Source: Minisyncoccia bacterium (GTDB lineage Bacteria; Patescibacteriota; Minisyncoccia; UBA6257; JAAZHW01). Taken from it: a DNA stretch of 64,000 bases. The position numbers and the translations under genes are program-made. Shown here piece after piece: positions 1 to 9,673 of this stretch. Location of the stretch: the NCBI GenBank assembly GCA_049720475.1, contig JBNASH010000036.1, positions 1,339 to 65,338 on the forward strand, read 5' to 3'. Each line of letters begins with the position of its first letter. The stretch's first letter is position 1. Below the pieces are notes generated by a model that saw only the letters and a program-made list of their open reading frames with translations, did not search any database and was not told the DNA's origin.

Positions 1-557
1 AAAAACTAAAAAAGGAATTGGCGGTTTTGAGGAAAATAGCGATTAAAGATCCTTTAACGGGCTTGTATAACAGAAGGGGATTATTGGAAGAAGGGGAAAA
101 ATTTTTAAAAGTAATGGAACGGTTAAAAAGCGATAGATTTTCTGGCGGTAATACTTCTTTTAATCTAGGTGTTATTTTAATTGATTTGGATGATTTTAAA
201 AGGATTAATGACTTCTATGGCCATAAAACCGGTGATGAAGTTTTAAAGAAAATTGCAATTTTATTAGAAGAATCCCTGCGAAAATCAGATATTATTAGCC
301 GTTGGGGGGGTGATGAGTTTGCAATATTGATTTTTGATATTAATAAAAATGTTTTGATGGGAATTGCCCAGCGTCTTCAGGAAAAAATTTGTAATTATAA
401 TTTTCGGGTTAAAAATCGGAAAATTGTCCTAACTATTAGTTTAGGCGCCACTCTTTTTTCAAGTGTTAATTTAGATTTAGAAAGAGAAATAGAAAAAGCT
501 GATAAAGCGATGTATCGAGCTAAAAAAAGAGGAAAGAATAAATTTGTTATTGTTTAA
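1..557 (+). CDS. Diguanylate cyclase (GGDEF domain), 5'-truncated by window edge
   Basis: DPLTGLYNRR, DLDDFKRINDFYGHKTGDEVL, RWGGDEF and an intact RxxD I-site (RKSD). The frame is open upstream of the TTG at 18. Confidence 0.9.
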   Translation, partial: KLKKELAVLRKIAIKDPLTGLYNRRGLLEEGEKFLKVMERLKSDRFSGGNTSFNLGVILIDLDDFKRINDFYGHKTGDEVLKKIAILLEESLRKSDIISRWGGDEFAILIFDINKNVLMGIAQRLQEKICNYNFRVKNRKIVLTISLGATLFSSVNLDLEREIEKADKAMYRAKKRGKNKFVIV

Positions 558-574
558 AAAATTAAAGATTCTTT

Positions 575-2023
575 ATGCAAAAAAAATTTAAACGTTTATT
601 ATTTTTCATTGTTTCTTTTTTGTTTTTAATTATTGCGGGTTTTTTTGTTGCTTATTCCTTTGGTTACCGTTGGGATCATGGAGATTGGAAATTTGTAAAA
701 ACAGGGGGTTTATATTTAAGAGTTTATAATAGCAAGCCGGAAGTTTATTTGAATAATCAATACTTAAAAAAAGCCACGCCTGGATTATTAAGCAGTGGCA
801 TTTTTTTACCTAATTTAATTCCAGATAATTATTCTATTTCAATCAAAAAACCAAATTATTTTTCTTGGGAGAAAGAAACAAAAATCGAACCACAAATGGT
901 AACGACTTTTTCTTCGGTTGTTTTGTTGCCAAAAAATCCTCTGGTAGAGGATGTATATTCATTAGGTGCAACTTCAACTTTAGAAATAACAAAAATTTTA
1001 CCTTTAAAAAATTATAAAGAAATAATTATCCAAGGAATTGAAACGACAACCTCTACAAATGCCCTAGTTTTTATTTATAATTTTAACAACCAAAACCAAA
1101 CAGAAATTTATAGAAAGAAAATAAACAAAGGAGAGAGTTTTAATTTAATTCCTAATTTAATTATTGCTGATAATGATGCCAACGAAATAATTTTTTCTTT
1201 AACGGTTAATAAAACGACAAATTTTTATTTATGGCAAAGAATCAACCCAGAAAATTTAAAAAACATTTCCCAATTAATCATCTCCCAATTTAAATTAAAA
1301 AACCCCATTAAAAAAATAGATTTTTATCCTAACGCCGAAAACAAATTTATTGTTTTGACCGGAACTGATTTGGCTGTCGTTGATTTGAATAAAAATGAGA
1401 TTAAAAAAATATTTTTAGATGTGAAAGATTTTGTGAGAAAAGATTACAATCTTTTTATAATTAACAATCAAAACGCCGCTTTTAGTTATAATTTGATTTT
1501 AGACACTAGCTCGCCATTAGGAATTTTAGAATTAGATTCGAAAAATGGTATTGAAAAAATTGAAATATCGCCTAAAAATACCTACTATGCTATTTGGTTG
1601 AGAAATAAAGATTTATATCTTATGAAAAGTGGAGAAGAAATGTTAAAAATTACCGATGTCGATTTGTTCGCTTTTTCGAATGATGATAAAAAATTAGCTT
1701 ATATCACCAATGGTGAATTACGAGTTAGATATTTGGTCGATTATAATGGTGATGTTTTATATAAAAAAGGGGACGATGTTTTGATAAAAAAATTAGAGGA
1801 TGGCGCGGATAATTTAATTTGGCACGCCGATTTAAACCACTTAATTTATCAAAAAAATAATAAAATTTATTTTGCGGAAATTGATGTGCGGGATAAAGTA
1901 AATGTTTTTGATTTAGAATTTGATTTTAAAAACTTTTATTTAGAGGGAGATAAAAATGGAACAGTTTTTACTTGGAATGATAAATTAATTAAAAGAATAA
2001 ATCTTCTTTTTGAACAATTTTAA
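575..2023 (+). CDS. Membrane-anchored PEGA-domain protein with probable C-terminal beta-propeller
   Basis: N-terminal TM helix, GYRWD..KTGGL..P.VYLN, YSISIKKPNYFSWEK (PEGA-like), and repeated (I/F)SxxxxxxA blades. Confidence 0.65.
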   Translation: MQKKFKRLLFFIVSFLFLIIAGFFVAYSFGYRWDHGDWKFVKTGGLYLRVYNSKPEVYLNNQYLKKATPGLLSSGIFLPNLIPDNYSISIKKPNYFSWEKETKIEPQMVTTFSSVVLLPKNPLVEDVYSLGATSTLEITKILPLKNYKEIIIQGIETTTSTNALVFIYNFNNQNQTEIYRKKINKGESFNLIPNLIIADNDANEIIFSLTVNKTTNFYLWQRINPENLKNISQLIISQFKLKNPIKKIDFYPNAENKFIVLTGTDLAVVDLNKNEIKKIFLDVKDFVRKDYNLFIINNQNAAFSYNLILDTSSPLGILELDSKNGIEKIEISPKNTYYAIWLRNKDLYLMKSGEEMLKITDVDLFAFSNDDKKLAYITNGELRVRYLVDYNGDVLYKKGDDVLIKKLEDGADNLIWHADLNHLIYQKNNKIYFAEIDVRDKVNVFDLEFDFKNFYLEGDKNGTVFTWNDKLIKRINLLFEQF

Positions 2024-2063
2024 TTGATTTTTAAGAATAAATCTGCTACATTAAAAAGAGATT

Positions 2064-3743
2064 ATGGAACAAAATGATAAAAATGCACAATTGGCGGAAA
2101 TGATTAAAAAAGCGCAATTAGCCGCTGAAGAAAGAGAGGCGGAGCGATTAGCTAAATCTCTTGGTTTTAAATATGGCGATTTGACCAAAATTGCTTCTCA
2201 AACAGATGCGTTGGAGTTAATTAGCGAGGAAGAGGCAAAAACTGCTCTCTGTGCGCCTTTTATGTTAAAACAAAAAACGGTTTTGTTGGCTTGTAAAAAT
2301 CCGGCTTTGGAAGAAACAAAGAAAGTGATTGAAAAATTAAAAAATGATGGCTATGAATTAGAAATTTATGTTGTTTCGATGAAGTCTTTGGAAAACCTTT
2401 GGCAGGGATATCGTTTTATTGTTAGTAGAAAAAAGGAAATTACCGGCGGCATTGAGGTGGATAAAGATAATTTGATAAGAATAATGGAAGAAGTTAAAAC
2501 CGTTCAACTTTTGCAAGAAAAAATAAAAAGCTTTAATAGTCCTTATATTTCTCAAATTTTTGAAATTATTATTGCTGGAGCGATTGTAATGGAGGCGTCG
2601 GATATTCATATTGAACCAGAAGAAAGCGGCGTTCGATTAAGATATCGTTTAGACGGTGTTTTACATGATGTTTCGGATTTAAGCCAGCACCATTATCGTT
2701 CCATCCTTTCTCGTATTAAATTGTTGGGCGGAATGAAAATTAATGTTCATACCGCGCCACAAGATGGAAGATTTACTATTAAGACTTATGATGTTGATAT
2801 AGAGGTGCGTGTTTCAATTATTCCCAGCGCTTATGGAGAAACAGTTGTGATGCGATTGCTTAATCCTAAAAACATTCGCTTAGATTTGAAAGATTTAGGT
2901 TTTCGCGAGGATGATTTAGCAATTATAGAGGAGCAAATTGAAAAACCGAACGGTATTATTTTAAATACTGGTCCAACGGGCTCTGGTAAAACAACGACTT
3001 TATACGCCTTTTTGCGTCGTATTTATAATCCCGAGATAAAAATTATTACTGTTGAAGACCCAATTGAATATCATTTGGAAGGCATTACACAAACACAAGT
3101 TAATCCAGCGCGTAATTATACTTTTGCTTCTGGTTTGCGTTCGATTTTGCGTCAAGATCCTGATGTTATTTTGGTAGGTGAGATTCGTGATAATGAAACA
3201 GCTGAAATTGCCATGCACGCTGCTTTAACTGGGCATTTAGTTTTTTCCACCCTACATACTAATGATGCTTGCGGCACCATTCCTCGGTTGTTAGATATGA
3301 ATATTCAGCCTGCTATTTTAGCTCCAGCTTTAAATTTGGCTATTGCCCAACGTTTAGTAAGAAAATTATGCCAGTATTGTAAAGAACCAGTGGAATTAAC
3401 GGCGGAACAAGCGGAGAAAATTCGAAAAATGGTTGAAAAAATGCCTGCTCGAGTTAAAAAACCGGAATTAGGAGAGAAAATTGTAATTTATAAATCCAAG
3501 GGCTGCGATCATTGTAATGGAACAGGTTATAAAGGAAGAGTGGCGGTAGCAGAATTATTAGTGGTTGATAGAGATATTCAAAATTTAATTACTCGTTCAG
3601 ACAAAATGCCGACAGCAGCCGAAATTAAAGATTTGGCAATTCAAAAAGGAATGACAACAATGGAAGATGATGCCATTTTGAAAATTTTGGCAGGCATTAC
3701 AAGTTTGTCAGAAGCCGAGAATGTTTTGGGTAAGATTTTGTAA
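2064..3743 (+). CDS. GspE/PilB-family type IV pilus assembly ATPase (stand-alone paralog)
   Basis: ASDIHIEP, PQDGRF, Walker A GPTGSGKTT, LRQDPDVILVGEIRD, His box HLVFSTLHTN, tetracysteine motif. Confidence 0.92.
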   Translation: MEQNDKNAQLAEMIKKAQLAAEEREAERLAKSLGFKYGDLTKIASQTDALELISEEEAKTALCAPFMLKQKTVLLACKNPALEETKKVIEKLKNDGYELEIYVVSMKSLENLWQGYRFIVSRKKEITGGIEVDKDNLIRIMEEVKTVQLLQEKIKSFNSPYISQIFEIIIAGAIVMEASDIHIEPEESGVRLRYRLDGVLHDVSDLSQHHYRSILSRIKLLGGMKINVHTAPQDGRFTIKTYDVDIEVRVSIIPSAYGETVVMRLLNPKNIRLDLKDLGFREDDLAIIEEQIEKPNGIILNTGPTGSGKTTTLYAFLRRIYNPEIKIITVEDPIEYHLEGITQTQVNPARNYTFASGLRSILRQDPDVILVGEIRDNETAEIAMHAALTGHLVFSTLHTNDACGTIPRLLDMNIQPAILAPALNLAIAQRLVRKLCQYCKEPVELTAEQAEKIRKMVEKMPARVKKPELGEKIVIYKSKGCDHCNGTGYKGRVAVAELLVVDRDIQNLITRSDKMPTAAEIKDLAIQKGMTTMEDDAILKILAGITSLSEAENVLGKIL

Positions 3744-3760
3744 TCTTTGCGCTTATTTTT

Positions 3761-3799
3761 AAATTCAAAACCGCCCTTATAGGGGGCGGTTTTGAATTT
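3761..3799. terminator. Bidirectional intrinsic terminator
   Basis: Perfect 16-bp inverted repeat aaattcaaaaccgccc / gggcggttttgaattt between pilB and the convergent ncRNA candidate. Confidence 0.8.
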
Positions 3800-3805
3800 G
3801 AGAAT

Positions 3806-4001
3806 AAAACAGCCTTTTTAACCCGGAGGCAATTTAATCTCGCAAAACAGGGCTGCGAGCTCAAGAATTTTTTAAGGCAATCCGCACAGGGCGGACGAAT
3901 AACCCAGCCGGAGCCAGGTTACCCTTAAAAAAATTCCCTATAGGCTATAAATTGGGTTAAAATTATAACGCCAATTGCCCCCAGGTTAAAAAGGCCGTTT
4001 T
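3806..4001 (-). ncRNA. Structured non-coding RNA candidate (unassigned; 6S-like size)
   Basis: 29-bp closing helix (3806-3834 / 3973-4001) whose three A-C mismatches become G-U on the minus strand. Also a 13-bp inner helix, four hairpins, a c(UCCG)g tetraloop on the minus strand, an upstream consensus promoter and a downstream terminator. Confidence 0.7.
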
Positions 4002-4037
4002 TATATCTGTTCCATTATTTAATTAAAGAGCGTTCTA

Positions 4038-4065
4038 ATTATAGCAAAAAATTATTTTTTGTCAA
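4038..4065 (-). promoter_or_regulatory. Sigma70 consensus promoter driving the minus-strand ncRNA
   Basis: Minus strand TTGACA (4065-4060), 16-nt spacer, extended -10 TGcTATAAT (TATAAT 4043-4038). Confidence 0.75.
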
Positions 4066-4157
4066 TAGTTGACTAAAAGGAGATAAAATAGCAAAATATT
4101 TTAAATTAAAATGGTAAAAATTATTGTAGCAAAAAAAAGAAGTCAAGTCAAGATAAC

Positions 4158-4166
4158 TGTGGATAA
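4158..4166 (-). promoter_or_regulatory. Perfect DnaA box upstream of the ruvB promoter
   Basis: TGTGGATAA, the reverse complement of TTATCCACA. Confidence 0.45.
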
Positions 4167-4196
4167 CTTAATAAACCTGAAAAGAGGATTATTACA

Positions 4197-4224
4197 TTGA
4201 AAAGAACGGGGGATGTGTTATAAT
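4197..4224 (+). promoter_or_regulatory. Probable ruvB promoter
   Basis: TTGAAA, 16-nt spacer, TATAAT with extended -10 TG; 16 nt before the ATG. Confidence 0.6.
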
Positions 4225-4240
4225 TTTAAATTGAAAAGAT

Positions 4241-5254
4241 ATGTCAAAGAATATTTTTAAAACCGATCCAATTTTAGACAACGCTTTGCGTCCAAAAAAG
4301 TGGCATGATTTTGTTGGCCAAGAAAAAGTTAAAGAAAATTTGAAAATAATGATTGAAGCGGCGCGCAAAAGAGCAGAAGCAGTAGACCATTTATTGTTTT
4401 ATGGTTGTGCTGGTTTGGGAAAGACAACACTTGCTTATTTAATTGCCCAGGAATTAGAAGCAAATATAAAAATCACTTCTGGGCCGGCCATTGAAAAGGC
4501 AGCTGATCTTGCTTCGTTGTTGGCTAATTTAGAAGAAGGAGATATTTTGTTTATTGATGAAATTCATCGTTTAAATAAAATGATTGAGGAAGTTTTATAT
4601 TCGGCAATGGAATCGCGCGTTTTAAATTTGGTATTAGGAAAAAAAGCATCAACGCGCGCTGTTCAAATTGATCTGCCCCCATTTACTTTAATTGGCGCCA
4701 CTACCCGCATTGGATTATTGTCTAGTCCTTTGCGTTCTCGTTTCGGAGCAATTTTTAAACTGGATTTTTATGAGATTGAAGATATTAAAAAAATTTTAGC
4801 CAACAACGCGCGATTGCTCAATATTGAAATGACGGAGGGCGCTAAAGAAATTTTAGCTAAGGCGAGTCGAGCAACCCCGCGCGTAGCCAATCGTTTATTA
4901 AAGCGCAGTCGAGATTTTGCTACAGTAGAAGGAAAAAAAGTAATTGATGAAGAAATTGCCCAAAAAACCCTAAAATTATTTGATATTGATGAATGGGGAT
5001 TGGAAGCAACCGACCGTCGTATTTTAGAGGTAATTGTTGATCGTTTTAATGGCGGGCCGGTGGGTATTAAAGCCTTGGCGGCAGCAACTAATGAAGAAGA
5101 AGATACAATTGAGGAGATTTACGAACCTTATTTGATGAGATTGGGATTACTGGAAAGAACTATCCGTGGCCGCATTGTAAGCGAAGCCGGTTATAAACAT
5201 TTAAACCTTTATCATTTAGCTAACAAAACACAGCAGAAAAAACTCATTGATTAA
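4241..5254 (+). CDS. ruvB: Holliday junction branch migration helicase RuvB
   Basis: LRPK..FVGQ, GCAGLGKTT, LFIDEIHRL, LPPFTLIGATTR, EPYLMRLG..RT.RGR. Confidence 0.97.
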   Translation: MSKNIFKTDPILDNALRPKKWHDFVGQEKVKENLKIMIEAARKRAEAVDHLLFYGCAGLGKTTLAYLIAQELEANIKITSGPAIEKAADLASLLANLEEGDILFIDEIHRLNKMIEEVLYSAMESRVLNLVLGKKASTRAVQIDLPPFTLIGATTRIGLLSSPLRSRFGAIFKLDFYEIEDIKKILANNARLLNIEMTEGAKEILAKASRATPRVANRLLKRSRDFATVEGKKVIDEEIAQKTLKLFDIDEWGLEATDRRILEVIVDRFNGGPVGIKALAAATNEEEDTIEEIYEPYLMRLGLLERTIRGRIVSEAGYKHLNLYHLANKTQQKKLID

Positions 5255-5267
5255 AGGGAATTTTAGT

Positions 5268-6563
5268 ATGAAAAATTTAGATTTTTTTACTAAGATTTTC
5301 TTTTTAATAGTCATTTTTCTTTTCTTTTGTTTTTTTAAGTCCCAAGCAGCCGGATCAATAATCATTAATGAAATTATGTATGATTTGGAGGGGGCGGATA
5401 ATGATATGGAATGGATTGAGTTAAAAAATATTTCTAGTGAGCCAGTTGATCTGAGTGGTTGGAAATTTAATGATGGCAGTAATCATTTGTTGAATCCTCC
5501 TCCAAAAAACGGAGGACAAGGCTCGATGATTGTTCCGCCAGAAGGCTTTGCAATTTTGGCTGATAAGGCAGATTTATTTTTGCAAACCCATCCAAATTTT
5601 TCAGGCATCGTAATTGATACGGTTATGAGTTTGAATAATACGGCGGCCACGTTGAAGTTAATTGATAAAAATGGTAATGTAGTTGAGGAAGTTTCTTATA
5701 ATAAAAATCAAGGCGGCAATGGTAATGGTTTTTCTTTGGAGCGAATATCTGATTCTGTTCCTGATTTTTGTGAGTCAAATGTTTTGGGAGGTACACCTGG
5801 CGAACAAAATAATTTTAATTGTCAAAAAGTAAATTCAAGTATTTCACCCAGCCAGCAACCAACTCCGGTAAATACTCCTTTGTCAACGCCAGTTGCTCAA
5901 ATTGAAGAAAATGAAAAAGAAGAAAATCTTACTCCTCCGCCAACGAGCAACAATATTATTAAAGTAAGAATTATCATCAATGAATTTTTGCCTAATCCGG
6001 TTGGCAATGATGAGGAGGGTGAATGGATTGAATTGTACAATGATAGTGAAACAGATGTACCATTGAAAGGGTGGCGGCTAGAAGATGTTAGTGGTCAAAA
6101 ATATTCTTTTAAGGATGAGGTTATCAAAGCAAAAGATTTTCTTGTTTTGCCTTATAAAACAACAAAAATTACTTTGAATAATAGTAATGAAACATTGACT
6201 TTGTTTTCTCCAAACAATGAAATGGCTTTTAAAATTAGTTATATAGGAAAAGCAGAAGAAGGATTTTCTTATGCGCGGATAGGTCCTAATAATTGGCAAT
6301 GGACTTCAATTTTGACGCCAGGCAAACCAAATCAATTTGAAAACACCCAAGCGAATAATCAGAAAAATTTTGAGGTTGATTCTATTGTTGAAGGAAATTT
6401 AACCAAAAATCAATCAAGCGTCGATCTTCCAACTTCTCAAGCCAACAATTATTCGCAAAAACAAACCAATAATTTTTCTGATAAAATTATCATAATGATT
6501 TTTGGAATTGGATTAGTTTTTAGTGTGGCAACGGCAATTTTTATCAAGAAAATTCTGCCTTAA
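5268..6563 (+). CDS. Surface protein with two lamin-tail (LTD) domains, Pro/Thr-rich linker and C-terminal TM anchor
   Basis: Two IINE...EWIEL.N.....V.L.GW...TPG..N repeats and hydrophobic N- and C-termini. ATG 5268 preferred over TTG 5247. Confidence 0.8.
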   Translation: MKNLDFFTKIFFLIVIFLFFCFFKSQAAGSIIINEIMYDLEGADNDMEWIELKNISSEPVDLSGWKFNDGSNHLLNPPPKNGGQGSMIVPPEGFAILADKADLFLQTHPNFSGIVIDTVMSLNNTAATLKLIDKNGNVVEEVSYNKNQGGNGNGFSLERISDSVPDFCESNVLGGTPGEQNNFNCQKVNSSISPSQQPTPVNTPLSTPVAQIEENEKEENLTPPPTSNNIIKVRIIINEFLPNPVGNDEEGEWIELYNDSETDVPLKGWRLEDVSGQKYSFKDEVIKAKDFLVLPYKTTKITLNNSNETLTLFSPNNEMAFKISYIGKAEEGFSYARIGPNNWQWTSILTPGKPNQFENTQANNQKNFEVDSIVEGNLTKNQSSVDLPTSQANNYSQKQTNNFSDKIIIMIFGIGLVFSVATAIFIKKILP

Positions 6564-6564
6564 T

Positions 6565-9147
6565 TTATTTCAGATCGGCCAATGTTTTGCCAATTGATGA
6601 TTGGACTTTAAGAGGGACGGAAAGCCACTCATTTTTTTCCATTATTTTTTGAATTTCATTTTTGGCCCAATCTATCCGATCTTCTTTAACTTCAAAAATT
6701 AATTCGTCATGGATTTGAAGGAGAGGTCGCACTTGATTTTTGAGATTATTTTTTAATATCCATTGATAAATGTTAATCATCGCTTTTTTTATAATATCAG
6801 CAGCCAGGCCTTGAATAGGGAAATTAATAGCGGCTCGTTCAGCTAAGCTCCGATATTTTTGATTGCCAGAGATTAAATCGTAAACCCATCGAATTCGGCC
6901 GGTTAAAGTTTTGACATAGCCTGTTTGTTGGGCTTCGGCCAAGGTATTAATCTGCCATTGGCGAACATTAGCAAAATCATGATAGTACTCATCAATAAAT
7001 TTTTTCGCTTCTTCCTTAGAAATATTAGCTGTTTCGCTAAAAGCTTTGGCACCCATTCCATAAAGCACGCCGAAATTTAATGTTTTTGCTTGTCGTCTCA
7101 TTTCAGGAGTAATCTTATCTGGCGAAGTATTATTAATTTCAGCGGCGGTGATGGTGTGAATATCGCCATCTTCTAGAAATACTTTTTTCATTTTGGGATC
7201 ATTGGAAAGCGAGGCAGCAATACGTAATTCAATTTGGGAATAATCAAATCCAAGAAAAAGATAACCATCGTCTGCCTTAAAACCTTTTCGAATTTTTTTT
7301 GCCCATTCGCTTTCGATGGGGATATTTTGAAGATTGGGGTTTTCAGAAGAAAGACGACCAGTGGCAGTGCCGGTTTGGTTGTAATTAGTGTGTAAACGCG
7401 AATTTTTATCTACCATTGATGGCAATGGGTCTAAATAAGTTGTTTTTAATTTCATTAATTCGCGATATTGAAGAATGAGAGGAATGATCGGATGAACATC
7501 TTTGAGTTTTATTAATTCTTCCTCTCGTGTGGAAAGAAGTCCGGTTGATGTTTTGGCTAATTTTTTATCAGTAATTTTTAATTGATTAAAAAGAATATCA
7601 GAAAGTTGTTTTGGTGAATTGAGATTAAATTCTTTTTTGGTGATATCGAAGATTTGCCGGGTGATTTGTTGAATTTCGTTATCAATCTCGGCGGTTAATT
7701 TTTTGAAATAATCAACATCGATTTTAATGCCCCACGTTTCCATTTGGGCCAAAACAGGAATTAAGGGCATTTCAATTTCAGAGCAAACCTTTTCAAGTCC
7801 CAATTCTTTTAATTTTTCTTTTTGGGCCTCATATATTTTTTGGATAATTTCCAGATTGTTAATCAAAGGCAGTGGTTTTTTAAAAAGATTGTGCCAGATT
7901 TTTTGCAGAGAATAGTTTTTATTTTCAGAATTAATCAGCCATTGGGCAATCCCAATATCATAAAAATTTTGATGCTCAAAAAGACCCAGTGTTTTAATAA
8001 TATTTTTTATGTCATAACCGATAATTTTTTTGTTTTGTAAATGAAGATAAAAATCAGCCGGCAATGAATCAATAGATCCTTTAAAAAATTTGTTATTGGT
8101 AAAAATTTGCAGTTCATTATTTTCAAAAAAGATAATGATTTCTTCAGAAAGATTTTTTAAGGGCATTTTTTCAAGGCTGAGCCATTCTGTCGTTGTGTTA
8201 AAAGAAGAATGGCTTAATTGTTGAGGATTATCATTTTGATTTGAGCTTTCTTTTAATTGAGCGATTAAACTTTCAAATTTCCATTGCTGAAAAAGTGGTA
8301 AAATGTCTTCAATTTTAATGTTGTTGAATTTTATCTCTTCAAGACTTTTTATTTCGAGGGGTACATTACAATTTAAAGTGGCAAGATACTTGCTAAAAAA
8401 AGCATCCTCTTTTTGTTCTAAAAGAAGATTTAAAATTTTGGGTTTAATCAAACGAGCTTTTTCTGATTGTAAAAAATTTTTGTCTTCTATTGTTTGATAA
8501 AGGTTTTCTAGTGAAGAAAAGTTTTTGATTAATTCGATAGCAGTTTTTTCGCCAATACCTTTAACGCCTAAAATATTATCCGAAGGGTCGCCTTTGAGAG
8601 CTTTGAAATCAACCAATTGGGTGGGCGATAGGCCTTCATACCTTTCTTTTACCAAATTTTCATTATAGATAATCGTATCTTGAAGACCTTTTTTCATTGT
8701 ATAAACTACTACTTTATCATCTTGAACTAATTGCAAAGTGTCTAAATCACCGGTTAAAATAATAATTTTTAAATCTTTTTCTGAGGAAAATTTTTTGACT
8801 AAGGTGCCAATAAGATCATCGGCTTCATAACCTGCTAATTCAAAATACTTAATTTTGGCTTTTTCAAAAAATTCTTTAACTTTGGCAAATTGAGAGATGA
8901 GCGCTTCGTCTGTTTTGGGGCGTGTTGCTTTATAATCTTTGTATTCTTTATGGCGAAAGGTTGGTTCAGCTAAATCAAAACAAGCAGCTAAATAGTCCGG
9001 TTTTAGTTCTTTTATTATTTTAAAAAGAAGGCGAATAGTGCCATAAACAGCGCCAATTGGTTCGTTGTTTGGCGTAGTTAAATTAGGCAAAGCGTGGTAA
9101 CAACGATGAATTAAAGCGTGTGAATCGATTAAAACCAGGGTTTTCAT
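6565..9147 (-). CDS. polA: DNA polymerase I
   Basis: 5'-3' exonuclease (LIDSHALIHR, YEADD, GDPSDNI) and polymerase motifs (TGRLSS.NPNLQNIP, DYSQIELR, AK..NFG..YG, QIHDEL). Confidence 0.97.
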   Translation of the reverse strand: MKTLVLIDSHALIHRCYHALPNLTTPNNEPIGAVYGTIRLLFKIIKELKPDYLAACFDLAEPTFRHKEYKDYKATRPKTDEALISQFAKVKEFFEKAKIKYFELAGYEADDLIGTLVKKFSSEKDLKIIILTGDLDTLQLVQDDKVVVYTMKKGLQDTIIYNENLVKERYEGLSPTQLVDFKALKGDPSDNILGVKGIGEKTAIELIKNFSSLENLYQTIEDKNFLQSEKARLIKPKILNLLLEQKEDAFFSKYLATLNCNVPLEIKSLEEIKFNNIKIEDILPLFQQWKFESLIAQLKESSNQNDNPQQLSHSSFNTTTEWLSLEKMPLKNLSEEIIIFFENNELQIFTNNKFFKGSIDSLPADFYLHLQNKKIIGYDIKNIIKTLGLFEHQNFYDIGIAQWLINSENKNYSLQKIWHNLFKKPLPLINNLEIIQKIYEAQKEKLKELGLEKVCSEIEMPLIPVLAQMETWGIKIDVDYFKKLTAEIDNEIQQITRQIFDITKKEFNLNSPKQLSDILFNQLKITDKKLAKTSTGLLSTREEELIKLKDVHPIIPLILQYRELMKLKTTYLDPLPSMVDKNSRLHTNYNQTGTATGRLSSENPNLQNIPIESEWAKKIRKGFKADDGYLFLGFDYSQIELRIAASLSNDPKMKKVFLEDGDIHTITAAEINNTSPDKITPEMRRQAKTLNFGVLYGMGAKAFSETANISKEEAKKFIDEYYHDFANVRQWQINTLAEAQQTGYVKTLTGRIRWVYDLISGNQKYRSLAERAAINFPIQGLAADIIKKAMINIYQWILKNNLKNQVRPLLQIHDELIFEVKEDRIDWAKNEIQKIMEKNEWLSVPLKVQSSIGKTLADLK

Positions 9148-9605
9148 AATTGAGTATTAAAACTTATTTCGCGAGTTTTTTCATCTACAATTTTAAATTT
9201 TATCCAAACGGCGTTTTTAGGAATTAATTTTTTGATTTTTTCCGGCCATTCAATAAAAACGAGATTTTTTGGTTCAGAAACAATTTCTTTAAACCCTAAA
9301 TTTTTAATTTCCGAAGGTTTTTCTAAACGATAGCAGTCGATATGATAAAAATTTTTAAAAAAATTTTTATGGTTGATTTTAAAATCTTTGATAATAACGA
9401 AGGTGGGGCTTAAAATTTTCTGTTTGATTTTTAAGGCGTGGGCAGCGCCTTGAACAAAATGTGTTTTACCAGCGCCCAAGTTTCCAGAAAGGGCAAAGAT
9501 GTGCGGTGGTAATAATCTTTTTTCTTTAAGAAGCGTTTTTACTAAAGTAACAGCAATTTTTTGTGTTTGTTTAGGGGAACAACTTTTTATAACGATTTTT
9601 TTCAT
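9144..9605 (-). CDS. tsaE: tRNA threonylcarbamoyladenosine biosynthesis ATPase TsaE
   Basis: LSGNLGAGKT, SPTF, YHIDCYRL, IEWPE. Start placed at ATG 9605. Confidence 0.93.
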   Translation of the reverse strand: MKKIVIKSCSPKQTQKIAVTLVKTLLKEKRLLPPHIFALSGNLGAGKTHFVQGAAHALKIKQKILSPTFVIIKDFKINHKNFFKNFYHIDCYRLEKPSEIKNLGFKEIVSEPKNLVFIEWPEKIKKLIPKNAVWIKFKIVDEKTREISFNTQL

Positions 9606-9673
9606 AATATTCTTATTATAGCACAAAAATTTTTAACTTGTATTTTCGGAATTTTTTTGTTTAAATATAAACG

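Noticed and set aside
3172-3199. 28-nt identity with the second pilB (28633-28660) suggesting gene conversion
   Set aside because: It falls in the invariant Walker B region and flanking synonymous sites differ; protein conservation plus codon bias is sufficient.
3806-4001. Assignment of the structured RNA to SRP RNA, RNase P, tmRNA or a MITE
   Set aside because: No SRP helix-8 consensus, no RNase P GAGGAAAGUCC, and no tRNA-like ends. No second copy or target duplication in the window, and the G-U bias favours an RNA.
4001-4015. Minus-strand mini-ORF MEQI* ending at the base of the ncRNA helix
   Set aside because: Four codons with no SD; expected by chance, and no downstream gene for attenuation.
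4070-4240. Possible replication origin
   Set aside because: Only one perfect DnaA box, no dnaA/dnaN nearby, and no switch in gene strand bias.
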